64,000 bases of DNA from an uncultured bacterium (lineage in GTDB: Bacteria > Patescibacteriota > Minisyncoccia > Phycocordibacterales > CAIZLB01). Made by a program: the position numbers and the translations under genes. This document shows, in pieces, positions 41,895 through 51,549 of the stretch (its first letter is position 1; every line of letters begins with the position of its first letter). The DNA lies in the NCBI GenBank assembly GCA_903936565.1, contig CAIZVZ010000012.1, forward strand, positions 3,778 to 67,777, written 5' to 3'. The notes beneath the pieces are model-generated. The model was not told where the DNA came from and searched no databases. It was given only the letters and a program-made list of their open reading frames with translations.

Positions 41895-43055
41895 ATGAAC
41901 CCACTAAATCTATTTAAATATTTTCTAAAAGTATCCAAAAAAACAAAAGCTGTTGTTGAACCACAGCTTGGATTTTGGAATGATTTAAATAATAAATGTA
42001 GATCAATTAAACATAATGGTGGGGAAGTCGAGGGTAGAAGAAATATTGGACGACCCATCTGTGTTCTTGCTCCAATGGCGGATGTAACGGATTGCGCATT
42101 CAGATATGCAATAAATAAATATGGCAAGCCAGATGTATTGTGGACAGAATTCGTTTCGGCTGACGGACTCGTTCGTGCAAATCCAGAAGGGATGAAAAAA
42201 CTTTTGGCTGATTTGAAATTCGAAAAAGAAGAAAAGCTAATCGTGGCACAACTGTTTGGTTCAAATCCACAATATATGGAAGAAGCCTGCAAAATTGTTG
42301 CAGATCTAGGGTACGATGGAATCGATTTGAATATGGGTTGTCCTGATAAGAGTATTGAAAGACAAAAAGCTGGGGCCTCGATGATGAAGAATCCGAAGCT
42401 TGCTAAGGAGATTATTTTTGCAGCTAAACGTGGTGCACCAAATATTCCAATAACCGTGAAGACCAGAGTTGGGTACAATAAAGATGAGCTTGACTCGTGG
42501 CTTAGAAATATTCTAGAAGCAAGTCCTGCGGTTGTTACAATTCATGCTCGCACAAGAAAGGAAATGTCGAAGGTTCCAGCTGATTGGAGTTATGTAAAAA
42601 GAGCAGTGGAGATTAGAAATGAATTTCAAAAGGACTTGATTAGTTCTGGTAAACAACACACTTTAATTTTTGGAAATGGAGATGTGACATCTGTTGCCGA
42701 CGCTTACAAAAAAGCGGAAGAATCAAATGCTGATGGTGTGATGATTGGTAGGGGAATATTTGGAAACCCATGGTTGTTCTCAACTTTGCAAAAACCTATC
42801 ACAAGGAATGCAGGCGATGATTTTAATGTTCTACAAAATGAACCTACACTTGAAGAAAAATTAAATGTAATGGTAGAACATACTCAAAGGTTTCAAGATG
42901 AGTTGGGTGGAATAAAAAACTTTGCGGTAATGAAAAAACATTTCAAAGCTTATGTGAATGGTTTTGATGGTGCAAAAGAACTGAGAGCAGAACTAATGGA
43001 GACAAATAACGCGGGGGAGGTGAGGCTGATAACTGAAGGTTTTTTGTCTAAATAA
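41895..43055 (+). CDS. dus: tRNA-dihydrouridine synthase
   Basis: LAPMADVTD, QLFGS, DLNMGCP, TIHART, NGDV and GVMIGRG. Confidence 0.95.
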   Translation: MNPLNLFKYFLKVSKKTKAVVEPQLGFWNDLNNKCRSIKHNGGEVEGRRNIGRPICVLAPMADVTDCAFRYAINKYGKPDVLWTEFVSADGLVRANPEGMKKLLADLKFEKEEKLIVAQLFGSNPQYMEEACKIVADLGYDGIDLNMGCPDKSIERQKAGASMMKNPKLAKEIIFAAKRGAPNIPITVKTRVGYNKDELDSWLRNILEASPAVVTIHARTRKEMSKVPADWSYVKRAVEIRNEFQKDLISSGKQHTLIFGNGDVTSVADAYKKAEESNADGVMIGRGIFGNPWLFSTLQKPITRNAGDDFNVLQNEPTLEEKLNVMVEHTQRFQDELGGIKNFAVMKKHFKAYVNGFDGAKELRAELMETNNAGEVRLITEGFLSK

Positions 43056-43251
43056 AGTCCTGCCTGTGCTTCACTAGACTAAATACTATATATGTGTTAT
43101 TATTTTGAACATAAAGTTCTTTGTAATTTGGTTGTGACTTTTAGGTCCTTAAATATAAGGATTCAAAAGTTGCAACCAACAGGTTGGTTGTAGCTCGTGG
43201 TTTCGGCCGCGATTGAGATAACAAAGCTAAACTAGAAAGACAAGTCACTCG

Positions 43252-43686
43252 ATGAGGACAATGTTAAAGAAATTGATGACGGCAGGTGTTTTGCCTGGAA
43301 CAAAAAAACGCAACAAAAAAGTTAGTGGGGCAATATCGGTTTACATTCCTAATCTCTCCGCCCTTCTCGGGGACGTTGAAGATGCTGGGTACTTTGAAAG
43401 GGTAGATCTCCTTGTAGAGACTTTGAAGGAGGCGGATGCTAAAAACCAGTGGCGGGATCCAGATCCTGGGTCATTCCATTTTATATCTGCTGCCTTATCC
43501 AAGGAGGATAATCGTATCATCCTCTACTTCCGCCCGGATGACCCACTTGTGACGAGTGGTCAAACGCACGCCTACCAGAAGTATGTCGAAAGAGTCTGCT
43601 CTGTGATGGATAAGATGCTTTCAAGAAGTATCAATGGTGTTTTCAGGATGACCCTTACACCATCAGTCACTATCGGGCCTGTCTAA
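43252..43686 (+). CDS. Orphan hypothetical protein
   Basis: TAGACT-17-TATTAT promoter, leader hairpin 43128-43179 and 3' hairpin 43719-43772. Confidence 0.6.
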   Translation: MRTMLKKLMTAGVLPGTKKRNKKVSGAISVYIPNLSALLGDVEDAGYFERVDLLVETLKEADAKNQWRDPDPGSFHFISAALSKEDNRIILYFRPDDPLVTSGQTHAYQKYVERVCSVMDKMLSRSINGVFRMTLTPSVTIGPV

Positions 43687-43718
43687 TAGGCGTAAGCACT
43701 TAGTCAACATACACAAAC

Positions 43719-43772
43719 ACCGCCACCGTAACCCGACGAAACCGTCGGCCTCACGGCTGGCGGTTTCTTTTT
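43719..43772 (+). terminator. Long interrupted GC hairpin terminator
   Basis: ACCGCCA-CCGT..CCGACG AAAC CGTCGG..ACGG-C-TGGCGGT-TTCTTTTT. Confidence 0.65.
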
Positions 43773-43802
43773 GCCTTACAAAATAAATGTTATACTCTCT
43801 TT

Positions 43803-44942
43803 ATGTCTTCAAAAACCACAAACAACAGCCGTGCGGAAATAAACGGCGCTGGCGCAAGCGCGACACAGGCACCTACTGTACACTCGTCATTATACAGAAC
43901 ATATCGCCCAGCAAACTTCAGTGAAGTTATTGGACAAGAGCACGTTGTTTCGGTTCTAGAAGATTCCATTAAGTCTGGAAAAATCGCCCACGCATATCTT
44001 TTTTGTGGAGGAAGAGGAACTGGAAAGACAAGTGTTGCAAGAATTTTTGCACGCGAGCTTGGAACAACGGATAAAGATTTATATGAAATAGACGCCGCAT
44101 CAAATACAAGTGTCGATGATATTAGAAATTTAAATGAGTCAGTCCACACGATTCCTTTCGATTCAACATACAAGGTTTATATATTGGATGAGGTACACAT
44201 GCTTTCTAAATCTGCCTTCAATGCATTTTTGAAAACCTTGGAAGAGCCACCAAAACATGTCATTTTTATACTAGCAACAACAGAGATGCAAAAACTGCCA
44301 GAGACAGTTATATCAAGATGTCAGACTTTTCAATTCAAAAAACCAAATGTAGAAACTCTTAAAAAAATTGCAATTGATATTGCAAAAAAAGAAGGAATTA
44401 CAATCGATGAAGAAGTGGGTAGTTTAATCGCACTTCTCGGTGACGGATCATTTAGAGATACACTCAGTGTTTTACAAAAAGTCTTGTCGCTATCTGGTGG
44501 ATCATCAGACGCAAAAGGTGGTAGTACAAAAACAGAAATTACCCTAGCTGAGGCTGAGCAAATAACCGGTGCGCCAAAGTCGGTTGTTGTAAACAATTTT
44601 GCAAAGGGGATAATCACTGGAGACGCCATGCTTTCCTTAGCCCAACTTGATATTGTTCGTGATAACGGAGGTGACGTAAAGCTGTTCACTGAGCTTGTTT
44701 TGGAGAGTGTTAGAAAGACTTTGCTTTTGAGCATGAATAGTGGGGCGGTGCGTGCACCAGCCGAGGCTATAAATTTTGAAAAGGAAAAGGGAAGTGCGAC
44801 TGATGCAGAAAGATTAGCACTAAAGTCACCAAAAAAGATTGCTATAATCTTGGAGAGACTTTTGATTGCTCATGGAAGATTGGGGAAGAGTGCGATACCG
44901 ACTTTGCCGCTTGAGATGGTGGTAGCGGAGTGTTTGGAGTAG
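43803..44942 (+). CDS. dnaX: DNA polymerase III gamma/tau subunit (short form)
   Basis: YRTYRP..F.EVIGQ, GGRGTGKT, EIDAASN, DEVHML, KTLEEPP and SRC. Confidence 0.95.
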   Translation: MSSKTTNNSRAEINGAGASATQAPTVHSSLYRTYRPANFSEVIGQEHVVSVLEDSIKSGKIAHAYLFCGGRGTGKTSVARIFARELGTTDKDLYEIDAASNTSVDDIRNLNESVHTIPFDSTYKVYILDEVHMLSKSAFNAFLKTLEEPPKHVIFILATTEMQKLPETVISRCQTFQFKKPNVETLKKIAIDIAKKEGITIDEEVGSLIALLGDGSFRDTLSVLQKVLSLSGGSSDAKGGSTKTEITLAEAEQITGAPKSVVVNNFAKGIITGDAMLSLAQLDIVRDNGGDVKLFTELVLESVRKTLLLSMNSGAVRAPAEAINFEKEKGSATDAERLALKSPKKIAIILERLLIAHGRLGKSAIPTLPLEMVVAECLE

Positions 44943-45060
44943 GTTCTTGCGCCTCCTAATTTTATATGACACAATTCACGCAGACTAGCACAAGCGAGTC
45001 TGGCGCCTCGGCGTCCACCTGAATTTGAATTCAAACTAAACCAATAGGAAAACAGAAGTT

Positions 45061-45483
45061 GTGAAAAATATCGTTGTTAGGTGTATCCAGTTCATTGCAT
45101 TATTTGCATCGGTCTTTTCGATCGTATTGCTGATTATGGCGTCGCTGGTTGGGGTTGAGGTTGATAAGATGAATTATTGTAGCCAGATCTATTTTAAGTC
45201 GGCCTGCATAATTCCATTTGTCAGCCTTGTTGTCTTGTCAGTGATGCGTATCATGAGAGAAAGGAAGTACATGCTCGATCATGTCCGCGGTATCTACAAC
45301 ACTTTCATTCATGTACTCATGTGTATTGAGATTTCATTGACTTTGACGGCGTCCATCTTCTCCGTGGCATACCTTTCGATCACTCCAATGTACTCCTACA
45401 TTACAAGGGACATGATTTTGGGGCTGGTAGGATGGTTGCTGCTTTTGCGAGGTTTTACCTCTGTGTTTTGGCAACGGAAATAG
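45061..45483 (+). CDS. Orphan four-TM membrane protein
   Basis: Four hydrophobic segments, GTG start, own leader and 3' hairpin. Confidence 0.6.
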   Translation: MKNIVVRCIQFIALFASVFSIVLLIMASLVGVEVDKMNYCSQIYFKSACIIPFVSLVVLSVMRIMRERKYMLDHVRGIYNTFIHVLMCIEISLTLTASIFSVAYLSITPMYSYITRDMILGLVGWLLLLRGFTSVFWQRK

Positions 45484-45524
45484 GGGTAGGCACTCAATTA
45501 CGGCCTTATCAAGCAAAGGCTTCG

Positions 45525-45554
45525 ATGGCGCGGGACCTTTCGGTCCCGCGCCAT
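45525..45554 (+). terminator. GGCGCGG-family hairpin
   Basis: ATGGCGCGGGACC-TTTC-GGTCCCGCGCCAT. Confidence 0.55.
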
Positions 45555-45650
45555 GCTCATATATGTAAAACCTCAATAAAGATGCATATTTATAAAGCTG
45601 CCATTTCAGGCCTTGATTTATAGTCAATTTCATATTAAAGTATAGAACAT

Positions 45651-45721
45651 TGGGAGATCGTCTAACGGTAGGACAGAAGCCTTTGAAGCTTTTAATCTAG
45701 GTTCGATTCCTAGTCTCCCAG
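45651..45721 (+). tRNA. tRNA-Gln(UUG), CCA not encoded
   Basis: Acceptor TGGGAGA/TCTCCCA, anticodon arm GAAGC-CTTTGAA-GCTTT and T arm CTAGG-TTCGATT-CCTAG. Confidence 0.95.
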
Positions 45722-45836
45722 CACGAGTCAGCGCAGTATCGAGGCAAGACCACAGAGCCTGGTTGAGTTGCGTTTCAAAATGGTTGGAGTCTTAAAAAGT
45801 GTGAGCCAATATGTTGGACAAACTATTCATAACATT

Positions 45837-47639
45837 ATGAAAAATGAGGATAAAATATTTACAAGAGAAGATATTTATAGATTATCTTTTTGTGTTATTG
45901 TTTTGTTTTTGGTATTTATCTTACCTAAAATAGATTTATACCCAATGTTTGTAAATTTTTTGGTCCTATTGAGACCAAATATGGACCACTATCCATATGC
46001 GAACCCTCCCATATTTTTTTCGATTGGGGAAGCTTTATCATCTATTGCTATATTATTTGCTATATATCAGTTTAAGAAAGAGAAATGGAGTATTGCTTTG
46101 AGGATAAGAAGTTATATTGAACCTACAATATTTATTTGTATCATCCTCGGTATAACACTATCCTTAGTAGCATCAGTAGTTACTTTTTTTTACCCAACAA
46201 ATATTTTCCTTCTGTCAGTTTTTTGGCAAATTATATCCAGTCTTTTCATAGCCTTTTCAATTGTATTTTTATTTTTAAAAGCAACTAATATAAAGCTATT
46301 TAATAAAAATAATTCTCGTAAATTTTATGAAGTAATGGTTGGGGAATTATCTAGGCCAAGTCCTCAAAGGTTAGATGTTACGTTAGAGGCTTTATTAGAT
46401 AATTTTCAAAATATATGTACAGCTGCAAATGGAGATCGTGAATCAGAAGTTTCTAAATCATCAATAGCAATACTCGATGTGGTTTTAGGAGAGTCTTCAT
46501 TAGTTGAACTTTTGGTTACAAAAAGACTCGATGCATTACGTCATTTGATTTATATTATTGAAAAAAACAACATAAATCAGCGCCAAGCACCTGGTTTTCA
46601 AGTCATCGTAAGGAATTTATTTCTTAATGAAGAATCTTTTTTCTATAGACACCTCAATAGAGATGGTTTATCTCTTTCTTCGAATATTTATGAAAGCATA
46701 TTTGAATACCCAAAAATACTTACAAACTTCAATTTATTTGGATATCCAACTTTGGGTTATTTAAAAAGAAACGATAGTCGTGTTGGCCTAAAAGTATTTA
46801 TACAGGCATTGTCAAAAGCAATAGAAACATACTTAAAAACTGGTAACGTGCCAACAAGTTATATTAATAATGGTTTAGAGTATCTTAGTGAGGCTTTCGG
46901 AAATATTTGCACCAAGATCAGTCTTGAGGAAAGTAGAGGGGTTGATACAAAAAATGTCTTAAGTGAAGAGTGGTGGATATTATATGACATTGCAAATTTT
47001 TTAGGTCACGATTATATATTTATTGCTTACGAAGATGATCTAAACCAAGATGTTATAAGAAACGAAAGGGCTACTTCTGAAGCAAGTTTTCATTCAACTT
47101 CTACAATAAACGCAGGAATTGCAGCTGTTTTGTTTAAATCTTTTGAACAACTGTCGCATATCACTAAAACTGTGGACACTTATTATATTGTTCTAGAGTT
47201 ACTTGGTGGTGTAATGCAAGGGGAAAATTACAAAGAAGGTTACAGAGATCCTTTTGAGAAAAGAATGTGGGAGCAAATTGCAAAAAACGTTATAGGTAAA
47301 CATTACCCTAATGTTTTGAGACCTTACTTAACTTTCATTGGTTTTACATTATCTTCGGAAGATAATAATCAAAGAACAGGTTGGGTTGGTGAACAAACGG
47401 AAAGAATGAGAAGATTGCTTTACATCGATTTAAAACCTTTATTTGATAATGAAGAAAGGATGGTTAACGATAAATTAATGAAAGATATTCTCCTTCCTGA
47501 TTCAATGGATTATATAGATGGTAAATTTCTGTATGTAGATGGTTTTGGAAAAGGTGAACGGAGGATAATCAGTGAACCAGCCCCAGGGTCAAAGTCTGCT
47601 TTAGAGGGAGTTGATACTCAAACAAGATCATTGCTTTAG
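45837..47639 (+). CDS. Hypothetical protein with about 4 N-terminal TM helices and a large helical soluble domain
   Basis: About 600-aa ORF; first gene of the island. Confidence 0.75.
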   Translation: MKNEDKIFTREDIYRLSFCVIVLFLVFILPKIDLYPMFVNFLVLLRPNMDHYPYANPPIFFSIGEALSSIAILFAIYQFKKEKWSIALRIRSYIEPTIFICIILGITLSLVASVVTFFYPTNIFLLSVFWQIISSLFIAFSIVFLFLKATNIKLFNKNNSRKFYEVMVGELSRPSPQRLDVTLEALLDNFQNICTAANGDRESEVSKSSIAILDVVLGESSLVELLVTKRLDALRHLIYIIEKNNINQRQAPGFQVIVRNLFLNEESFFYRHLNRDGLSLSSNIYESIFEYPKILTNFNLFGYPTLGYLKRNDSRVGLKVFIQALSKAIETYLKTGNVPTSYINNGLEYLSEAFGNICTKISLEESRGVDTKNVLSEEWWILYDIANFLGHDYIFIAYEDDLNQDVIRNERATSEASFHSTSTINAGIAAVLFKSFEQLSHITKTVDTYYIVLELLGGVMQGENYKEGYRDPFEKRMWEQIAKNVIGKHYPNVLRPYLTFIGFTLSSEDNNQRTGWVGEQTERMRRLLYIDLKPLFDNEERMVNDKLMKDILLPDSMDYIDGKFLYVDGFGKGERRIISEPAPGSKSALEGVDTQTRSLL

Positions 47640-48964
47640 TTATTTAGATAAATTATTTTATTTTTCATTGTGATTCTAGTATCTAAATTTGCCAACATCT
47701 CTCTTTTCTCTTCAACCGTCCCTTCCGTCAAAATGTGCTCTGTATACTTCTTTGAGTCAAACTCAATTTCTAGTTTTGATTGCTTAACCCCATAAAACTG
47801 TTTTTGGAAGGTGACCATGCGTTCTCGTTCTTGTTCAAATTTTCCTTTGATAAACTTTTGATCAACCTCTATTTTATCTATCATTTCAACTAATTGCTTA
47901 ATCAATTCTTCTTCTCGTAGGTATCCACATTTGCAATCTAAGTTTTTTGACCTGTTACATCCATAGTATATGTAATGTGCTGTACCACCATTCTTGAGTT
48001 TTTTGTATTTATCTTCAGCACAAATTCCTGATCCACATAGTCCGCATGTCATTAGTCTAGAAAATGCATAGTCTTTTCTTTCGTGAGTTATTTCAGATCT
48101 CTTGAGTTGCTCACGGACTTTTTCAAAAAGTTCAATATTTATTAAAGGTTCATGTTTTCCTGTATACCAATTACCACTTTTGACAGGGTATTCAAACTTT
48201 CCATAATAAAACGGTGTTTGTAAAAGTTTATATATATTACTCAAGGTTAATGGCTTGTTGCTCGTTGAACTTCTGAAATTCATCTCAAATTTAAGCCAGT
48301 GGTATATCTTTCTACCACTCCACTTTTCATATGCTACTTTCTCAAACATTTTCTTGATAACTGGTGCTCGTTCAGTATCAATCATTACATACCCCTTTCT
48401 ATCGATTCTCTTTTCGTTCAAATATCCTGTTGGGGCAGGGGCAGGCCATAGCCCCATCTCGCACCTTGTCCTTAGTCCTCTTTTGACATTCACGCTTTTG
48501 TTGTCATTTTCAAGTTTGGCTTGCGAACATAAAATCATAAGAAGGAATTTATCACTAGGTGAGTTACTAAATACTTGCCCATAGGTTTTAATTTCAATAA
48601 GCGCCTTTTGGTCTATGAGATCCACTAAACTTCCAAGATCTCCAGCATTTCTTGATAATCTATCTGGTGCCCATGTTAATATTCCTGAATATCTTCCACT
48701 TTTGATGTACATAAGTATTTCCTTAAAAACAGGTCTTTGTCCTGAATCCTTTGCTGAATGCGATTCACGCCTAATGTCCACAATCTCTAACCCTTCTCTT
48801 TCAGCTATCTGTAGCATCTCGTGTACTTGCGATTCTATCGATAGGATCTGTCGCTCCTCAGATTCTGTTGATTTTCTTGCATAAAGGCAGTATTTTACCT
48901 TTACAGGGCTTGATAGCAGGTTCCTCGTGTCAGGGTTCACTTGTAGCGGGTTTTTTGTTTCCAT
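47636..48964 (-). CDS. Large serine recombinase (resolvase + recombinase + Zn ribbon)
   Basis: YCLYARKSTE (catalytic Ser), DRLSRN, APTGY, GKHEPLI and CGLCGS..YYGC. Confidence 0.93.
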   Translation of the reverse strand: METKNPLQVNPDTRNLLSSPVKVKYCLYARKSTESEERQILSIESQVHEMLQIAEREGLEIVDIRRESHSAKDSGQRPVFKEILMYIKSGRYSGILTWAPDRLSRNAGDLGSLVDLIDQKALIEIKTYGQVFSNSPSDKFLLMILCSQAKLENDNKSVNVKRGLRTRCEMGLWPAPAPTGYLNEKRIDRKGYVMIDTERAPVIKKMFEKVAYEKWSGRKIYHWLKFEMNFRSSTSNKPLTLSNIYKLLQTPFYYGKFEYPVKSGNWYTGKHEPLINIELFEKVREQLKRSEITHERKDYAFSRLMTCGLCGSGICAEDKYKKLKNGGTAHYIYYGCNRSKNLDCKCGYLREEELIKQLVEMIDKIEVDQKFIKGKFEQERERMVTFQKQFYGVKQSKLEIEFDSKKYTEHILTEGTVEEKREMLANLDTRITMKNKIIYLNN

Positions 48965-49092
48965 GCCTACATTGATGACGTAGATTACTGAGGAAGTCTA
49001 GCTAAAATGAGTAAAATTTGGGCTTTTATAACCGATATTTATCTGCAAACTATTCTGTACTACCACGATCTTTTAGAGTAGAATGGTTTGTA

Positions 49093-51549
49093 ATGGTTAA
49101 TCCCCTGACTAATATCACGACGATCAAGAATGTTCATCTGTACAAGTTGCTGCAGGTTTTTTTAAGAGACTTTGGAACCGTCCTTGAAAGATATATTACT
49201 GACATCGTTGATACGGAAAATCCAAAATTACTTATAAGTACTAATTATGCAACTTATAAAATTAGTATTATTGATGGAGAAGAAAATAAAGTAGATAACA
49301 AAACTATAGATATAGGACGTGACGCTCTTGATAAAGACTTAAATAAAATAAAATATTTTATTCGTAGACAGTTTATTGCTGATGAAGAGTTGTCAAACCT
49401 TTACTTGAGGCGTGGTTCTGATATAAAACCACATGAAGTACAAGAGGGTGCACTCAATAGTCTTGCTGCGGCTCGAGATGATAATTTAAAAAGAGCTTTA
49501 GTTGTGTTTGCCACTGGACTTGGAAAAACTATTTTATCAGCCCTTGATGTTAAAATGTTTGACGCAAAAAAAGTTTTATTTATTGTTCATATCAATGAGA
49601 TTTTAAGACAGACTAAAGATGCTTTTGAAAAGGTTATGCCTGAAAGGAGAGATGATTTTGGTTTTTTTACAGGCAAACAAAAAGATAGACAAAAAGACAT
49701 TTTATTTACTTCTATACAGACGATTGGTAGGCAAAAACATATCGAAACATTTCCTCCAAGCTACTTCGATTATATTATAGTTGATGAGACACACCATGTA
49801 GCGGCACCTACTTATAGGAAAATATTTGAATATTTTACACCGAAGTTCTTTCTTGGTCTAACAGCAACACCAGATAGAATGGACAAGAAAGATATATTGA
49901 GTTTTTATAACGAGAATGTTGTATTTGAAATGGATCAGAAGGCTGCAATTGAACAGGGTTATTTAACCCCATTTCGATACCTAGGTTTTAAAGATAATAT
50001 AGATTATTCCGACATTTACTTTAATGGATTCAAATATGACACCAAAGATCTTAATAAACATCTTCTTATTAATGAGCGTGATGATGCCATAATAGAGAAA
50101 TTTAAATTGCACGCTTTTGATAGAAAAACAATCGGATTCTGTGCGTCTATTGAACATGCAGAAAGATGTGCAAAAAAATTCAACGAGGCTGGAATAAAAT
50201 CGATAGCAATTCATTCAAAAAGTTTAGAGCTTGATGACTATGAGGATAAAACAAAAGGATCTCTTGTGGACCATTTTAGGAATAATAGATGTCAAATTGC
50301 ATTTACTGTTGATATGTTCAATGAGGGGGTCGATATTCCAGATGTTTCTTGCTTACTTTTTTTGCGTCCGACGGAATCAAAGACAATATTTGTTCAGCAT
50401 ATGGGACGTGGCCTACGTATAGCGCCAAGCAAAGAAAATGTGATTATTCTAGATTTTATCGGTAATTATAGGACTGCAAACCTAATATTAGAGGCTCTAG
50501 ATATTGAGAATAATATTCGAGGTCTTAAAAAGACTTGTGTAGATAATAAAGATATGTTTATTTACGAAATTAATGGATGTGAGGTATGTTTTGAATCAGA
50601 GGTTGTAGATATATTTAAAAATAATGAAGTCCTTTATTCTAAAGAAATCAGAGAAGATGTTGTTGATATTAGGTGGAAGGAGTATTCAGAGTATTTAGAT
50701 AAATGGACTAAGGATAATCTGTATTGGAAATGTGGTCAGCATAATAAATATTTTGAAGTGCATTTCGAGGCACTGAAGATAATCAAGGAAAATAAGGGTA
50801 TTGGGGAGAAGGATTTTATTGAAAAGATTCAGAAAGTTGTTACTGAAAAATACGTTAATAAAAATATGACTGCTGGTTTCAGAGCTTTAATGTTGAGCAA
50901 GATATGTGGTTTTGTTTCGTCTGATTCGCCATTAATGCCGATGCAACCTTATGACGTTATTTACAAAATAACTAAGGATTTTTCAGATTTAAGAAAATAT
51001 GAGGATATATTAACTCAACAACTTGAAAAAATATTCTATTGGAACCCTATCTATGGTTCATATAATAAATATGTTGATTTGACTAAAAGGGTTTCATTTA
51101 AGGATTTTAAAATATACCCGTTTTTCTTAATATACGATGTAATGATTAGATTACTCGATGATTACGGTTCTGAACCGTGCATAAGTAAGTTTGAATTTGA
51201 TACTTTTTTGTCTATTACTAAAGAACACATAGAATCAAGAGATGTGGCGGAAAAGATATTGCGTTACCGTAATGATGACGAAAAAAAGCAGGTTGAAAAG
51301 CTTTTGAATTCAAAAAACCACATCGATTCAAGGTTTTTCGGCATTTTACATTACTGTAAATATATTAAAACTGATAAAAGAGGTGTTTCCATTAAACCTG
51401 AGTGTATTGAAGAAATACGGTTGAGAGTTGGTAAATTTAGGGGATTATATGAATCTGGAAAACTGATTATGTACAGCACAGAGTCTCCAAAAACTTATAA
51501 AGATATGCTATACTCAGAGGGTGACTTACTCAGTTTTCATGTTAACTAA
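49093..51549 (+). CDS. SF2 (ResIII-like) DExH helicase/ATPase with C-terminal putative DNA-recognition domain
   Basis: ATGLGKT, VDETHH, LTATP, FNEGVDIP and QHMGRGLR; start uncertain (ORF open from 49018). Confidence 0.88.
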   Translation: MVNPLTNITTIKNVHLYKLLQVFLRDFGTVLERYITDIVDTENPKLLISTNYATYKISIIDGEENKVDNKTIDIGRDALDKDLNKIKYFIRRQFIADEELSNLYLRRGSDIKPHEVQEGALNSLAAARDDNLKRALVVFATGLGKTILSALDVKMFDAKKVLFIVHINEILRQTKDAFEKVMPERRDDFGFFTGKQKDRQKDILFTSIQTIGRQKHIETFPPSYFDYIIVDETHHVAAPTYRKIFEYFTPKFFLGLTATPDRMDKKDILSFYNENVVFEMDQKAAIEQGYLTPFRYLGFKDNIDYSDIYFNGFKYDTKDLNKHLLINERDDAIIEKFKLHAFDRKTIGFCASIEHAERCAKKFNEAGIKSIAIHSKSLELDDYEDKTKGSLVDHFRNNRCQIAFTVDMFNEGVDIPDVSCLLFLRPTESKTIFVQHMGRGLRIAPSKENVIILDFIGNYRTANLILEALDIENNIRGLKKTCVDNKDMFIYEINGCEVCFESEVVDIFKNNEVLYSKEIREDVVDIRWKEYSEYLDKWTKDNLYWKCGQHNKYFEVHFEALKIIKENKGIGEKDFIEKIQKVVTEKYVNKNMTAGFRALMLSKICGFVSSDSPLMPMQPYDVIYKITKDFSDLRKYEDILTQQLEKIFYWNPIYGSYNKYVDLTKRVSFKDFKIYPFFLIYDVMIRLLDDYGSEPCISKFEFDTFLSITKEHIESRDVAEKILRYRNDDEKKQVEKLLNSKNHIDSRFFGILHYCKYIKTDKRGVSIKPECIEEIRLRVGKFRGLYESGKLIMYSTESPKTYKDMLYSEGDLLSFHVN

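Noticed and set aside
41642-42478. 278-aa minus-strand ORF
   Set aside because: Antisense shadow of dus; the same applies to the short ORFs within rpoB, rpoC, the helicases, gpmI, eno and the recombinase
44384-44391. AAAAAAAG slippery site in dnaX
   Set aside because: Lies within the clamp-loader core rather than after domain III, has no obvious stimulatory hairpin, and A runs are common here
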